Source: a phage
Assembly: GCA_027262695.1 (NCBI GenBank)
Contig: GCA_027262695.1_4722.1
DNA: 64,000 nt
Strand: one strand, 5' to 3'
Position 1 is the stretch's first letter; the number at the start of each line of letters is the position of its first letter. The notes below the pieces were generated by a model. That model was not told the DNA's origin. It searched no databases and saw only the letters and a list, made by a program, of their open reading frames with translations. The position numbers and the translations under genes were made by a program. Positions 49,230 through 59,237 of this stretch are shown in pieces.

Positions 49230-49927
49230 TCTCCAGTATTACCCGTTAGCATCTGCGCGTCAGGCGACGTTGCCATTTTCTTCTCGTACTCTTTGGTTTG
49301 TTTGAAGACCAACTCACCGATTTCTTCCAGTTCTTCAACGGTGACGGTATGCAAATAGAGTAGCGGAATAATCCAGGTGTTCGCATTAAGCATGTCGCGG
49401 ATATCATCAACGGATGGGAGTTCGGTAAAGAACTGTTCATCAACTGCGAATAAATCCCGTGCGATGCCGTCAACGAGTTTGTGATTGCTTTCATGGATCC
49501 ATGCGAAACTTTCAGCAAGATGTTCCACGAGCATTTTAATATCATCGTCCGTTGAGAACACCGTACGACGAACATGCGTTGTAAGATCCATCGTGAATCC
49601 CATCAGCGAAGGGGTATCCTCAGAACGGAGTTCGCGCCACAAACGAAGCATGTTTTCAGGGATAAACAAATCATGGATAAAGGTGACACTGAACTTCGTC
49701 ACCCAATCTCGAATCGTCGCGCCTTTCGAATACTGTTGCGGCGGGGAATACAAATACACCCAGCGTTTTGTATACGCGATGACTTCCTTTCGCATCATCG
49801 CATCTAAAACAAGCACATAACGATCGGAAGCAAGTTCTTCCAATAAAAGCTCGAACGCCGTATCGCTTTCTGGAGAGAACGATCGTTTGATCTCTGCAAT
49901 ACGTCGTGATAACGAACTACGTAGCAT
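49226..49927 (-). CDS. hypothetical protein
   Basis: ORF track, 233 aa. Confidence 0.6.
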   Translation of the reverse strand: MLRSSLSRRIAEIKRSFSPESDTAFELLLEELASDRYVLVLDAMMRKEVIAYTKRWVYLYSPPQQYSKGATIRDWVTKFSVTFIHDLFIPENMLRLWRELRSEDTPSLMGFTMDLTTHVRRTVFSTDDDIKMLVEHLAESFAWIHESNHKLVDGIARDLFAVDEQFFTELPSVDDIRDMLNANTWIIPLLYLHTVTVEELEEIGELVFKQTKEYEKKMATSPDAQMLTGNTGE

Positions 49928-49929
49928 GA

Positions 49930-50604
49930 TTAACCCTCGTCGAGATTATTCTGGAGATGCATTGCGGTGAGAATAACGCCAACTGCTGAAACCGATTTTG
50001 CTTTACTGTCTTCCGGAAGCTGTTCCAGACTTACCGTACCGGTTTCTAACAACATGCGGTTCATCGCGTTGAACTTCTTATCGTCACCACCACGCGCCTG
50101 CATCAACTCTCGGTTTACGTTCGGCATCGACCGTCCTAACGTCGCCTGCATTTCTGGCTGGCTCCACGTTGAGCCTTTACTGCCACCCGTCGGCTGGTTG
50201 GTCAACTGGTCTTTGGTGTTGTTGTTTTTCGGGATCGATATTTTAGCACTCAACGTTTCGGCTTGTCGGCGGTTTGGAATCAGGTACAATCTGGTTGGGC
50301 GGTCACGAAGCACCAATTGCCCTGTTTTCTGGTCGGTGAGATAAATGCGCTGGAAGAAGGGGAAACCGTATTTCTTACCAACTTCCAACGCACGTTTTAT
50401 CGTCACCTCGTTTTTGTTCATGTTGGGTACCCAGATGGGTAGAATCTCTTTCTTATCCCGACATAAACGCATATAGGCATCAAACGTCTCATCATCGATT
50501 TCAGCAAAACGTTTTTTGTAAATAGCGTAAGTCGGGCTAGATTCACCCACCAGGTCTTTGATATACCCAAGAATGAATTTTTCTGCTGCAGCGCGGTTGG
50601 ACAT
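49930..50604 (-). CDS. hypothetical protein
   Basis: ORF track, 224 aa. Confidence 0.6.
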   Translation of the reverse strand: MSNRAAAEKFILGYIKDLVGESSPTYAIYKKRFAEIDDETFDAYMRLCRDKKEILPIWVPNMNKNEVTIKRALEVGKKYGFPFFQRIYLTDQKTGQLVLRDRPTRLYLIPNRRQAETLSAKISIPKNNNTKDQLTNQPTGGSKGSTWSQPEMQATLGRSMPNVNRELMQARGGDDKKFNAMNRMLLETGTVSLEQLPEDSKAKSVSAVGVILTAMHLQNNLDEG

Positions 50605-50613
50605 AAACGTCTC

Positions 50614-50955
50614 CTATTGTCGTGTCTGTTGCGGAAATACCCGAAACACCTGGACAATGATGTTCTTGTCCTCGCGGTTGGCGATGTCGATCATGTGTTT
50701 TGTTCCAGGACTTTTGAAATCCCAGAACGCAATTAGATGCGTAATGACATCACCCATCCACTCATTGCGTCTGAATCCAGCACCTTTACGATAAGGACCA
50801 TCCCAATCGGCAGGAAACGTGGTGTATTTAAACCCGTAATCCTTCGCGTAGCGGCGCACATGCAAATCAGCACCTGAATGCGCACCGCCAGCAATGAGAT
50901 GAACTTTGTCGTGAGGAAGGTTGTGTAACATCTGGTTCATACGCTTTTCGAACAA
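50614..50955 (-). CDS. DUF2493-like (SLOG / DprA-like fold) protein
   Basis: 113 aa; HLIAGGAHSGADLH...FPADWD...GAGFRRNEWMGDVITHLIAFWDFKSPGTKHMIDIA matches the DUF2493 pattern GGxxGAD...ADW...AGxxRN...AFWDGxSxGT as recalled. Confidence 0.45.
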   Translation of the reverse strand: MFEKRMNQMLHNLPHDKVHLIAGGAHSGADLHVRRYAKDYGFKYTTFPADWDGPYRKGAGFRRNEWMGDVITHLIAFWDFKSPGTKHMIDIANREDKNIIVQVFRVFPQQTRQ

Positions 50956-51008
50956 GGGATAATCATCCCAGTAGCGTGATCCCGATACCCCTACACGATA
51001 GGGTTCGC

Positions 51009-51329
51009 TTATCTTCCACCGCGCAATGACTTTACGTTGCGTGCAATAAACGGTGCAACGTAGTCGCGGAAATTATGGATCCATCCTTTAATGGGTTGGT
51101 TGTCGAGCAAACATTCTCGTACTGAGAATGTGCTGACTTCTAATACGCCAAACTGCAATCGCCAATAACGGTTAATTTCAGCTTGGGTATGTTCTAATGT
51201 CATGTACTCAGGAACACGAGCCAGCAGGTCGTGTTTAAATTGCTCAGCAATCGCTGGTTGATGTGACGCAATTGTCTGCGTGATAACATCAATCAGTTCA
51301 TGCGCGTGCTTGATAGCAGGTGCTGTCAT
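51009..51329 (-). CDS. hypothetical protein
   Basis: ORF track, 106 aa. Confidence 0.55.
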   Translation of the reverse strand: MTAPAIKHAHELIDVITQTIASHQPAIAEQFKHDLLARVPEYMTLEHTQAEINRYWRLQFGVLEVSTFSVRECLLDNQPIKGWIHNFRDYVAPFIARNVKSLRGGR

Positions 51330-51341
51330 TTATTTAGCCTT

Positions 51342-52832
51342 TTATTTTTTACTCGGACGATTCAGCGCAGGCACCGGATTTTTCGGTTGCTTTGTTTTTT
51401 CATCCATCCAGTACGGGAAGTATTCACCTGTACGCATGCGCAGTAAGTCCATGGTGGAAAGGAACGGAAGCGGATTTGGGTCGTCCAGATACGTCCAATA
51501 ACCACGTGTGTTTAACAGTACATCCCAGTCGAAACCTTTTGCTTTAAGATCGTCGTACAGTTCCTGTGGGGTGCAATAGAGCTGTGGGTTCTCGTAAACT
51601 TCTTGACGCCAGAGATTATGCATCTGGCACAACTCCGAGGTAATCTCCAGAGCGCGTTGCAGATACTCATCTTCTTCACAGAGAGAACGAATGGTTGTAC
51701 GCTGTAGTGCAACATCCGGATAAATATCCAAATACACCGTAGAAGCACCCTCAGCAGGTTTACCACCGGATGCATGCATACCCCAACCACGCATCCATTC
51801 TTTATCGCGTAGGTAATGGTATTCTGTTAACGACGGTTTAACGCCTTCGCTCTGACTGACGACAATCGGAAACGGTAAACCTGTCGGTCCGTTTTTAGCA
51901 CGCATGTTGAAAACCTGAATCAACTGCAGATCGGTATCACCAATAAGGTTATCACCAGGTCCACGAGGATACAACACACGTTTATCGGCGTTCTGAAGAA
52001 TCGTCAGTTTATCGATTTTCCAGAGGTTGTTAGTATAAAACGTAAAACGTTCAGGGACGTTCTTAAACTTCTCGTCACCTTTAAACCCTTTCAGTTTTCG
52101 TACCGGTTGCTGGCCTGGCATACCGCCAACGTTGACACCATCACCAAGGTGGGCCGTCATGGTGATATAAATGCCTGCTGACGCGGTGAGTACCGGCATC
52201 TGGGATAAAATCTGGCTTTTTGCTGCTGCTGAACGCATGGCTTCAGCATTTAGCTTTGCACCACCTGCGGTTTCTTTATCGAACAATGCATCAACAGCAT
52301 CGATTGGTAATCCAGAGAAACTGTCAATGAGGACAACGGTTGGTAACCACCAGGTGTAGTTCTCGCCGTGTTTGTTAATAAATGGAACGGCTTTGCGTTG
52401 TGACTTGTCTTTAACTTTGTCGTCACGGAATTTCTTGATTGCGTCGAACCAGATGTTACCACTCATCTGAACAGCGTCGGTGATAAACACACGTTCTTCT
52501 TCGAACAGGTCAACACCCGCGATATTAGACATGTTCATCGCAAGCGTTAAGATACGTGTTGTCGTTAACGACATTTCTGTGTCGTAAACGCTACTATTGC
52601 TGTTCGCGTAACGATCGATAACACGTAACAAGCGAAACATTATGAACGTGGTTTTGTTCATGTTGCCGCGAGCGCCTGCGCCCTCAACAAGCATCATACC
52701 GCCGTTACAAATGCTTTCACCGTGTTTACCGACGTAGTACCGACCACCAGATGTGGGAATATCCATTAAGCAACCAATGTTGAGATTAAAACGCATCTCT
52801 TCACCGGGAGAAAGGTACTTATTAAGATTCAT
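51342..52832 (-). CDS. putative RecA/UvsX-fold recombinase-like protein with a degenerate Walker A
   Basis: 496 aa; LVEGAGARGNMNKTTF (P-loop-like, not canonical GxxxxGKT), VVLIDSFSGL (Walker B-like) and AMRSAAAKSQIL / GIYITMTAHLGDG resemble the RecA core as recalled. Confidence 0.35.
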   Translation of the reverse strand: MNLNKYLSPGEEMRFNLNIGCLMDIPTSGGRYYVGKHGESICNGGMMLVEGAGARGNMNKTTFIMFRLLRVIDRYANSNSSVYDTEMSLTTTRILTLAMNMSNIAGVDLFEEERVFITDAVQMSGNIWFDAIKKFRDDKVKDKSQRKAVPFINKHGENYTWWLPTVVLIDSFSGLPIDAVDALFDKETAGGAKLNAEAMRSAAAKSQILSQMPVLTASAGIYITMTAHLGDGVNVGGMPGQQPVRKLKGFKGDEKFKNVPERFTFYTNNLWKIDKLTILQNADKRVLYPRGPGDNLIGDTDLQLIQVFNMRAKNGPTGLPFPIVVSQSEGVKPSLTEYHYLRDKEWMRGWGMHASGGKPAEGASTVYLDIYPDVALQRTTIRSLCEEDEYLQRALEITSELCQMHNLWRQEVYENPQLYCTPQELYDDLKAKGFDWDVLLNTRGYWTYLDDPNPLPFLSTMDLLRMRTGEYFPYWMDEKTKQPKNPVPALNRPSKK

Positions 52833-52930
52833 TGGGTAAAAACTCCTTCGATTCTTCGACTAATTCTTAGTGTTCAGAGAATAACTATTTTTAGTTAAGA
52901 CTGACAACCGCTATTTCCACGAGGACAATC

Positions 52931-53773
52931 ATGCATAAATTTACCATTCCTGAAGACCCGATTACACTGCAGACCCTTTGGGATTCACATCGTGCTCTAT
53001 CAATGGAAGGCTTTGCACAAGACTTCGCTTCACTTACTGCAGTAACGAATCTTCGTAGTATGTTTACTAACGGTAAGAAGTTCGTTACCGATTGGCTTAA
53101 AAAACGTGATGTGACGGTTTATCCTAAAGTCTCCGATGACCTCGATACCATCTTTAGCAACAACGCTTACAGCGATCTCATTGGGTATCGTGCTTTTATT
53201 CCGAATGGTTTAAATGCGCCGATGTCAGATTATGTTGTTGCTTTAACCCAGAGCCTGGATAGCGTAATTGGTACCATCTTGCCCGATTTGGATAAGTTGA
53301 CCGTAACGTGCGCTAAAGCCGTCAACGACGTTAACTTCCGTCGTAGTAGTGGTATGGCTCAAACACTACCTAAAAACGACCCAGAGAACGTTTTAGAGAC
53401 GTTACGTGCGATGTTCAAACGTGGGACGGTAACACAGACCACTGTAGGTCGTGCATATAAGAACGAAGACGATATCCGTCAGATCGGAAAAGATCTGGAT
53501 GTTTCCCGTACCCGTGCGCTCGACGTTAATCCTAAAGACGTGAAGAAAGCAATCGAACGTTTCATGGAGGTGGCTGACCGCTTAACCGAAATCCTGGTTC
53601 AAGATTACAATGAGGGTGCGGTGAGCAACGCAATGATTCGTGATATTAGCGACGCTATCTACCAAACAGCCAAGCAGGCTGAACTGTATGCGTTTCTCGT
53701 GAACGCTTTGGCTGAAGCGATCATCGCATATAACGACACATGGGACGCCGTTAAAAAGAACGCGAAAAAATAA
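52931..53773 (+). CDS. hypothetical protein
   Basis: ORF track, 280 aa; GAGGA RBS. Confidence 0.6.
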   Translation: MHKFTIPEDPITLQTLWDSHRALSMEGFAQDFASLTAVTNLRSMFTNGKKFVTDWLKKRDVTVYPKVSDDLDTIFSNNAYSDLIGYRAFIPNGLNAPMSDYVVALTQSLDSVIGTILPDLDKLTVTCAKAVNDVNFRRSSGMAQTLPKNDPENVLETLRAMFKRGTVTQTTVGRAYKNEDDIRQIGKDLDVSRTRALDVNPKDVKKAIERFMEVADRLTEILVQDYNEGAVSNAMIRDISDAIYQTAKQAELYAFLVNALAEAIIAYNDTWDAVKKNAKK

Positions 53774-53781
53774 CATAATAA

Positions 53782-53817
53782 CCCACCCTACTACCCCGTT
53801 AAGGGCGGTAGGGTGGG
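53782..53817. terminator. bidirectional terminator hairpin
   Basis: CCCACCCTAC...GTAGGGTGGG 10-bp stem with inner CCCCGTTAAGGG, between convergent genes; T-rich run follows on the plus strand. Confidence 0.55.
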
Positions 53818-53824
53818 ATAAGGT

Positions 53825-54256
53825 TTATTTGCTGTATAGCTGTACCACTCGTTGTGTCGTAGGAACGCAGACTCTTACCAGAAGCTTTTTAATCTCCTGA
53901 CGAATCGTTGCTTTATCATCATAATAAAGCCATGGTGGAACGCGTTGCATTATGCGCTGCACGGCTTCATCGTAGTTCGTCGTCTCATTGAGTAACGTCT
54001 CACTATCCAGATCTTTCCATGCAGTAATACCAAGCCGCGCAGCAAACATCAGCGCTGAAACTGACTCCGCTATCTCCAGTCGCTCATTCATATCCGCAAG
54101 ACCTTTTAGCATGATGTAATTATCATCGTGCCGATGTAAGGTACCAAACAAACTTCCAAAGAGGAGGATGCGTTTGGCTTTTGCGGTTAAGAGGAACGAC
54201 AGGAGAGCGTGTTTCAACGGTTGTTTCTCACGTTCTACCTGTTCGACCATCTCCAT
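53825..54256 (-). CDS. hypothetical protein
   Basis: ORF track, 143 aa. Confidence 0.55.
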   Translation of the reverse strand: MEMVEQVEREKQPLKHALLSFLLTAKAKRILLFGSLFGTLHRHDDNYIMLKGLADMNERLEIAESVSALMFAARLGITAWKDLDSETLLNETTNYDEAVQRIMQRVPPWLYYDDKATIRQEIKKLLVRVCVPTTQRVVQLYSK

Positions 54257-54259
54257 TGA

Positions 54260-55786
54260 TTACTCCAACACATAACGTGGGTTACTGTATATGTTAGCCC
54301 ATATCCCCACATCGTTACCTGATTCAATAATCACAGCAAAACGAAACGCAATATCAGACTCACGATAGGTTACTGCATACGCTTTCGTTTCGGGCGATGC
54401 TAAATAGCTCAAGTTCAGACGTTGAGGCAGGTCTAACCCCAAGGACATGGTACATGACGTAACACCTTGTTTATCAGGGTTCAGTCTGTAGTTCATGTCC
54501 ACTTTTAGGCTTTTCGTCACCTGCGTAATCGCACTATGCACTTTGGTAACCGTTTTGCCTTTCTTATCCTTTTCTGTTTCGAAAAGAACGTCGGTAATTT
54601 CGGTTACGACCAGACGCGGTGTGGATTCACGGTTATTGTCCAGCCATTCATCCAGTAACGTCTTCAAGAAGTTCAAGGAATCAATCGCACGCCAAGCAAG
54701 GTTCGGCGGATTACATGCTTCCATGAGAATCGCGGTGTTCGATCCACCCAACGGAAGATGCACGCTCTTACCGAGGCCCGTTGGACGCATGGTAAGATCG
54801 CACTCGCCCTCAAGAATATCGCGATGGTATTGACGATGATGAAGGTTATCGATGTATGCAATATACACTGATTCCGTTGTCCCATGCTCTAATACCCGAG
54901 ATGCATGCATACGCATAATCTCGACAGCATCATCTGGTTTGCTTAGATAGACAACGCTATACGCACTATCGCTGATTCTTTTCCCTAATTCAAGACGTCC
55001 TTTATTATCTTTATCGGTGTTACCACCGAAGTAGATATAGCGACCATCTTTCGCACGTTCTTGCTGCTGGTTGGTGGTGAAGTAACAGCGCGAGAACGTA
55101 AAGAACGGGCTTATTTCCGGCTCGGGGTTCCAATAACCTTTCGCTGGAAGCTCTCGGCGTATTTGGGTTCGTACAGCCCAGTCCTGGTTTTGTGACAGAT
55201 ACGTTCCACGCGTCGCCAGCATATCGGCACGCTCGTTACCGATATTGCCCTCGTGTCCAGGAACGTATCGCAGCGAAATATCGATAGCGTCGCGCTTTGC
55301 ATCCCTGATTGCACTATCGAGTTTTCGCCACCGTTCAGCATTCAACAACGGTTTATTATCGGATTTCACCCAGTTGTTTTCTCGCCAGTTAGCAAGATGG
55401 TTGGTGGTACCTACAACAACATATTGGCTATCCGACAATAGCTGAATCCGTTTTGCCCCCTTCGCTTTTCCAAGTTCAATCGCACGAATCGCTGCGTCCA
55501 ACTCCGCCTGATTGTTCGTCACGTTGAAACCTAACGCTTCTAACTCATCCACGTACTCTTTGGGTTCGACCAGCACAGCGTCTTTAGGAAAGTCGAGTTT
55601 AGGATCGACGTAACCGTATTGCGTCGGTTTGGGCTTTCCACTTTTTGAAGGTTCCAAGGTGCCTTTCACTTCTTTCATCAAATCGTAGGTGTAGCCATGT
55701 ACACCATAGCCACCGTACCCACTTGACGTTGGACGGGATCCCCCGTCACAATAGAAAACGGCACCAAGCTCGTTATTTCCTGCCAT
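54260..55786 (-). CDS. RNase HI-domain protein with a ~320-aa C-terminal extension of unknown function
   Basis: ORF 54260..55798 trimmed to the Met (MAGNNE) with a GAGGT RBS; RNase HI motifs CDGGSR, NNQAELDAAIRA, LLSDSQYVV, VPGHEGNIGNERADMLA in the N-terminal ~190 aa. Confidence 0.65.
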   Translation of the reverse strand: MAGNNELGAVFYCDGGSRPTSSGYGGYGVHGYTYDLMKEVKGTLEPSKSGKPKPTQYGYVDPKLDFPKDAVLVEPKEYVDELEALGFNVTNNQAELDAAIRAIELGKAKGAKRIQLLSDSQYVVVGTTNHLANWRENNWVKSDNKPLLNAERWRKLDSAIRDAKRDAIDISLRYVPGHEGNIGNERADMLATRGTYLSQNQDWAVRTQIRRELPAKGYWNPEPEISPFFTFSRCYFTTNQQQERAKDGRYIYFGGNTDKDNKGRLELGKRISDSAYSVVYLSKPDDAVEIMRMHASRVLEHGTTESVYIAYIDNLHHRQYHRDILEGECDLTMRPTGLGKSVHLPLGGSNTAILMEACNPPNLAWRAIDSLNFLKTLLDEWLDNNRESTPRLVVTEITDVLFETEKDKKGKTVTKVHSAITQVTKSLKVDMNYRLNPDKQGVTSCTMSLGLDLPQRLNLSYLASPETKAYAVTYRESDIAFRFAVIIESGNDVGIWANIYSNPRYVLE

Positions 55787-55836
55787 TGTAAACCTCATTA
55801 ATCATTGTCCGTATGATAGCCCAAAGTTGTACGGTA

Positions 55837-56388
55837 TTACCGATTCTGTTCTGTTGATGTCGATTGATTGCGATTGACCTTCATTGACCTTAATTTTCCT
55901 CCGTTAATCACGCATTGATCGCGTTGTTCGACAGTAGTGAGGCTATTGCAGACGTAGTAAGTATCAATGAAACGATCCACGCGTTCTTGAAACTTCCTTT
56001 CATCAGCTTGTTCTCGTTCGTAAGTTCGTAACGCACGATCAACTTCACCCTGCAGGATCCGGTTCTGTTCAACCATACTGTCGATTAAACGGCCTCTTAC
56101 TTCGTTCGATGTGTAGAGTTGACGAATCAGTTCTCGGTTGGTATCACGCGCATAACGCAATGTTGCATTCTCCTGACGTAAGCTATTAACATCAGCCATC
56201 AGGGTAATGATTTTTTCGCCAGCAAATAACGTCACGATACCCAATACGATGAAAAAACCCGTAATCAAGAATATCGAGGACTGCCGAGCTCCATCTCGAC
56301 GAGAACGTGCAGGCGGTCGCTTACTTCGCCGAAACAGCTCGCGAAGAAAAGGGAAAAGCCAGGGCAACGCCTTGAGTGTAGTAAACAT
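55837..56388 (-). CDS. membrane-anchored coiled-coil protein (i-spanin-like topology)
   Basis: ORF 55837..56532 trimmed to Met 49 (MFTTLK) with an AAGGA RBS; basic N-terminus, one TM helix (IFLITGFFIVLGIVTLFAG), then a coiled-coil region containing Cys. Confidence 0.45.
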   Translation of the reverse strand: MFTTLKALPWLFPFLRELFRRSKRPPARSRRDGARQSSIFLITGFFIVLGIVTLFAGEKIITLMADVNSLRQENATLRYARDTNRELIRQLYTSNEVRGRLIDSMVEQNRILQGEVDRALRTYEREQADERKFQERVDRFIDTYYVCNSLTTVEQRDQCVINGGKLRSMKVNRNQSTSTEQNR

Positions 56389-56442
56389 GCGTGTGTCCTT
56401 GATAGTATGAAATTTCCAATACAACTTAACCGAGGACGTCGA

Positions 56443-57783
56443 ATGATTAATATTTTTGGTTTTTATACGTACAAAGGGTACGCTAATAACCACCCAAAAA
56501 CCACGGCGAAATTCGGTGAGTTCAGTCAGCACAGTGCTACGTTCAGTCGCGAGATCGGCATCTATACCAACACGGCGTACGCACGTACGACCTTATTAGT
56601 GTTGAATGCAGAAAACGAAGCTGGTGAGGCACAAACGCTGGATGACGACACCGCAGGCCGCATTCTTCAGGTTGGTCAATGGTTGCTGGAAAAAGCCTCA
56701 TCGGGCGAAATCCAGGAAGACAGAGACCAAGTTATCAGCTACCTAAAAGACGACTTCACAACGTATCTTGATTCTATCGACATCCCAACACCCACCACCG
56801 ATGGGAAAGTCTATCTACCGGCGTGGATCAGTTTCAAGATAACAGCCACCGGCGATGTTGTCAAGATTTGGTTGTCTGATAGCGTATTCCAAAGTCAATA
56901 TCCAAAATACGAATATGAAGTCGTTCCTCCTGTTCCTAAGGATCAGTTAGATACCTTCTTCGAAGATCTGGCAACATTGAAGAAACTGGTTGACAGTCGA
57001 AGCAGCGAGAAACTGACCGAAGAAATCAACGAGGTGCGCGACCAATTCCCAGACACACAATTGTGGACGAAAACCTATAAAGCGTACGATTACACCGACG
57101 ATTCGAAATACATTAATACCGATTGGACGGTGATCATCTACGGTGCGGCAGGTAACAACATTGATAATATCAAGGAGTTCCTGCAAAACTGGGTTCTTAG
57201 CAACAGCACGCACGGACGTCCAGACTGGGAAATCGTTCTGCCGGATCTTTTTATTCCGACGGAACACATCTTCATCCCAATCTGGAACCGCCACAGCGCC
57301 CCGGAAATGACCAATCAGGCACGTATCTATAGTCCTATCTTCGATGATTCGTTGATGGATACCTACCTGAAAAACTTTGCTGATGGTTACGGTGAAACCA
57401 CCGAAGTCCGTAAATCGCTTCAAGCTGTGCCGACGTTGTGGCGCTCGATCGGTTTCTTAAGCGTTGGTAACTCACGTAACCGTGACGGTAAGCTTAAGTT
57501 CTACGATCGCTGGCCGCAATACGCACTTATCAGCACAACCAGTATCGACATTAACCGTATCGACGATGCGACACGTGAATTCATCACCTTCACTTACGAA
57601 ATGCTGAAACTGGCAGAATCGCTCACCGAAGACGATCCAGTACCGTTGGGCTATAGTCGTGTTACGCGTGGCAGCAATAGCTTCTTAGCGAAAAGCCACA
57701 ACGATGTTCAGTATCTCTTCTTAACAAAAGAAGCGTTCCTGAAGAAAATGCCGGATGAAGCCGACACACCTGTTGGAGGTTGA
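56443..57783 (+). CDS. hypothetical protein
   Basis: ORF 56407..57783 trimmed to the Met (MINIFGF) with a GAGGA RBS. Confidence 0.6.
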   Translation: MINIFGFYTYKGYANNHPKTTAKFGEFSQHSATFSREIGIYTNTAYARTTLLVLNAENEAGEAQTLDDDTAGRILQVGQWLLEKASSGEIQEDRDQVISYLKDDFTTYLDSIDIPTPTTDGKVYLPAWISFKITATGDVVKIWLSDSVFQSQYPKYEYEVVPPVPKDQLDTFFEDLATLKKLVDSRSSEKLTEEINEVRDQFPDTQLWTKTYKAYDYTDDSKYINTDWTVIIYGAAGNNIDNIKEFLQNWVLSNSTHGRPDWEIVLPDLFIPTEHIFIPIWNRHSAPEMTNQARIYSPIFDDSLMDTYLKNFADGYGETTEVRKSLQAVPTLWRSIGFLSVGNSRNRDGKLKFYDRWPQYALISTTSIDINRIDDATREFITFTYEMLKLAESLTEDDPVPLGYSRVTRGSNSFLAKSHNDVQYLFLTKEAFLKKMPDEADTPVGG

Positions 57784-57785
57784 TT

Positions 57786-58412
57786 ATGGCTGTAACACGC
57801 ATGACGCCAAGTCCCGGTGCGGTCGGGGTATTCACAGTATCAGCGCCGTTCTCCGTTGGTGCATCGACGTTATATACCGTTACAGCGTTGCGAAGATTCA
57901 GCGAAGTCATCGGTAGTGGAATCGATCTATTTACGGAACTATACGAACCGTTATCGATAGACAAATCCACTTTCGAAGCGCATCTTGAAGCAAATGCTTA
58001 TCTCGTCACGTTACAGCCGGATTATGGTGCGCCAGTACTGGTACCAGATACGTATATCACGTCGTACCCAAAGAACGATTCCTTACGGTATCGCCGCATT
58101 ATTCTGGGTATTGATTTCGGGCCTCTTCCTCCCGGTCTTGACCTTTCGTATTTAACAACGATATTGAAAGGTAAAGCCAGTGATATTCTTGGTGTCGAAC
58201 CTGAAGTTAAAACGATGGAAATCACTCTCGATGATACCGTTACTCAGGAACAACATCAGATAAACGAAGCCCGTCGTCAGGCTGCGATAAAAGAGCGAGA
58301 TACCATTTACGCACGCTGTGAAACACAAGAGAAGCAGATAACGGCTTTACTTGCAACCCAAAAGCAACTTATCAAATTGCTTCAAGACGCCGGAATCAAT
58401 CCGACACCTTAA
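57786..58412 (+). CDS. hypothetical protein
   Basis: ORF 57780..58412 (TTG start in track) trimmed to the ATG after a GGAGGT RBS. Confidence 0.55.
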   Translation: MAVTRMTPSPGAVGVFTVSAPFSVGASTLYTVTALRRFSEVIGSGIDLFTELYEPLSIDKSTFEAHLEANAYLVTLQPDYGAPVLVPDTYITSYPKNDSLRYRRIILGIDFGPLPPGLDLSYLTTILKGKASDILGVEPEVKTMEITLDDTVTQEQHQINEARRQAAIKERDTIYARCETQEKQITALLATQKQLIKLLQDAGINPTP

Positions 58413-58418
58413 CATATT

Positions 58419-58450
58419 CCCTCCTCCAACCCGTAAGGGAAGGAGGAGGG
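58419..58450 (+). terminator. terminator hairpin, exact copy of the 45571..45602 element, followed by CTATGCCGTAAAG
   Basis: Identical 32-nt CCCTCCTCCAACCCGTAAGGGAAGGAGGAGGG directly after the stop of gene 57786..58412. Confidence 0.5.
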
Positions 58451-58481
58451 CTATGCCGTAAAGCAAAAAAAAAAAATGATA

Positions 58482-58514
58482 GTCACGAGCCCTCCAATGA
58501 AGGAGAGCCGTGAC
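58482..58514 (-). terminator. rho-independent terminator for minus-strand gene 58522..59223
   Basis: Minus strand: GTCACGGCTCTCC...GGAGGGCTCGTGAC hairpin followed by a T13 run. Confidence 0.55.
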
Positions 58515-58521
58515 CGTCAGT

Positions 58522-59223
58522 TTAGGATGCGGATAATCTAGCGTACTTTTGTCGAATATGGTTCTTACGGCGAACTTCGTCATCCTCGTCGCGCCATTCG
58601 AGGTAAGCTACGAATCGCCGTAACTGCGCTGCAGTCATTGTTGCTGACAGATCTTCTATTTCTAAAACAACATAGTGAACTTCGCCGACACCATCGCAGT
58701 CAGTATAACGGAATACCAAAAGATCCTTATCATATTCCGTGATAATAACCTTGAATCGTTTCTCGAACAAATAAAACAGTTCCGATTCGATAATCATCGG
58801 GATAACACAATTATCGTCACGTTCAATGATTTTCATCATCACACGTAACGCACGAAGCGCGTGATGGGCGAACGAACCATTAAATCGTTGATTCATTGCT
58901 TGTCCCACATCAACGATCTTTGTTCCTGGCCAGGGACGGATTACTGATTTCGGTGGTGTAAGACGGCAGCGGTACGCTTGTATAAACAACAGAATATCGG
59001 CGACATTAGGAAATTCTTCCTGGTCTTTGTACAGCTTACGGATAATATCCGGGATCGTAGTCAACAAATATTTCCTATCGCCTCCTACTTTCTCGAGATT
59101 AGCGATATGCCCTTCTACCACTGGCTGGTAAACGAAATTATACCAGTGGTGGTATTTTGCAACGTGTTGGTATTTCGGGATGAAATTAAGAACAGCGTTC
59201 ACTGCGCGTTTTAATGGGTTCAT
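58522..59223 (-). CDS. hypothetical protein
   Basis: ORF track, 233 aa. Confidence 0.6.
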   Translation of the reverse strand: MNPLKRAVNAVLNFIPKYQHVAKYHHWYNFVYQPVVEGHIANLEKVGGDRKYLLTTIPDIIRKLYKDQEEFPNVADILLFIQAYRCRLTPPKSVIRPWPGTKIVDVGQAMNQRFNGSFAHHALRALRVMMKIIERDDNCVIPMIIESELFYLFEKRFKVIITEYDKDLLVFRYTDCDGVGEVHYVVLEIEDLSATMTAAQLRRFVAYLEWRDEDDEVRRKNHIRQKYARLSAS

Positions 59224-59237
59224 CAGAAGAATCCTTC

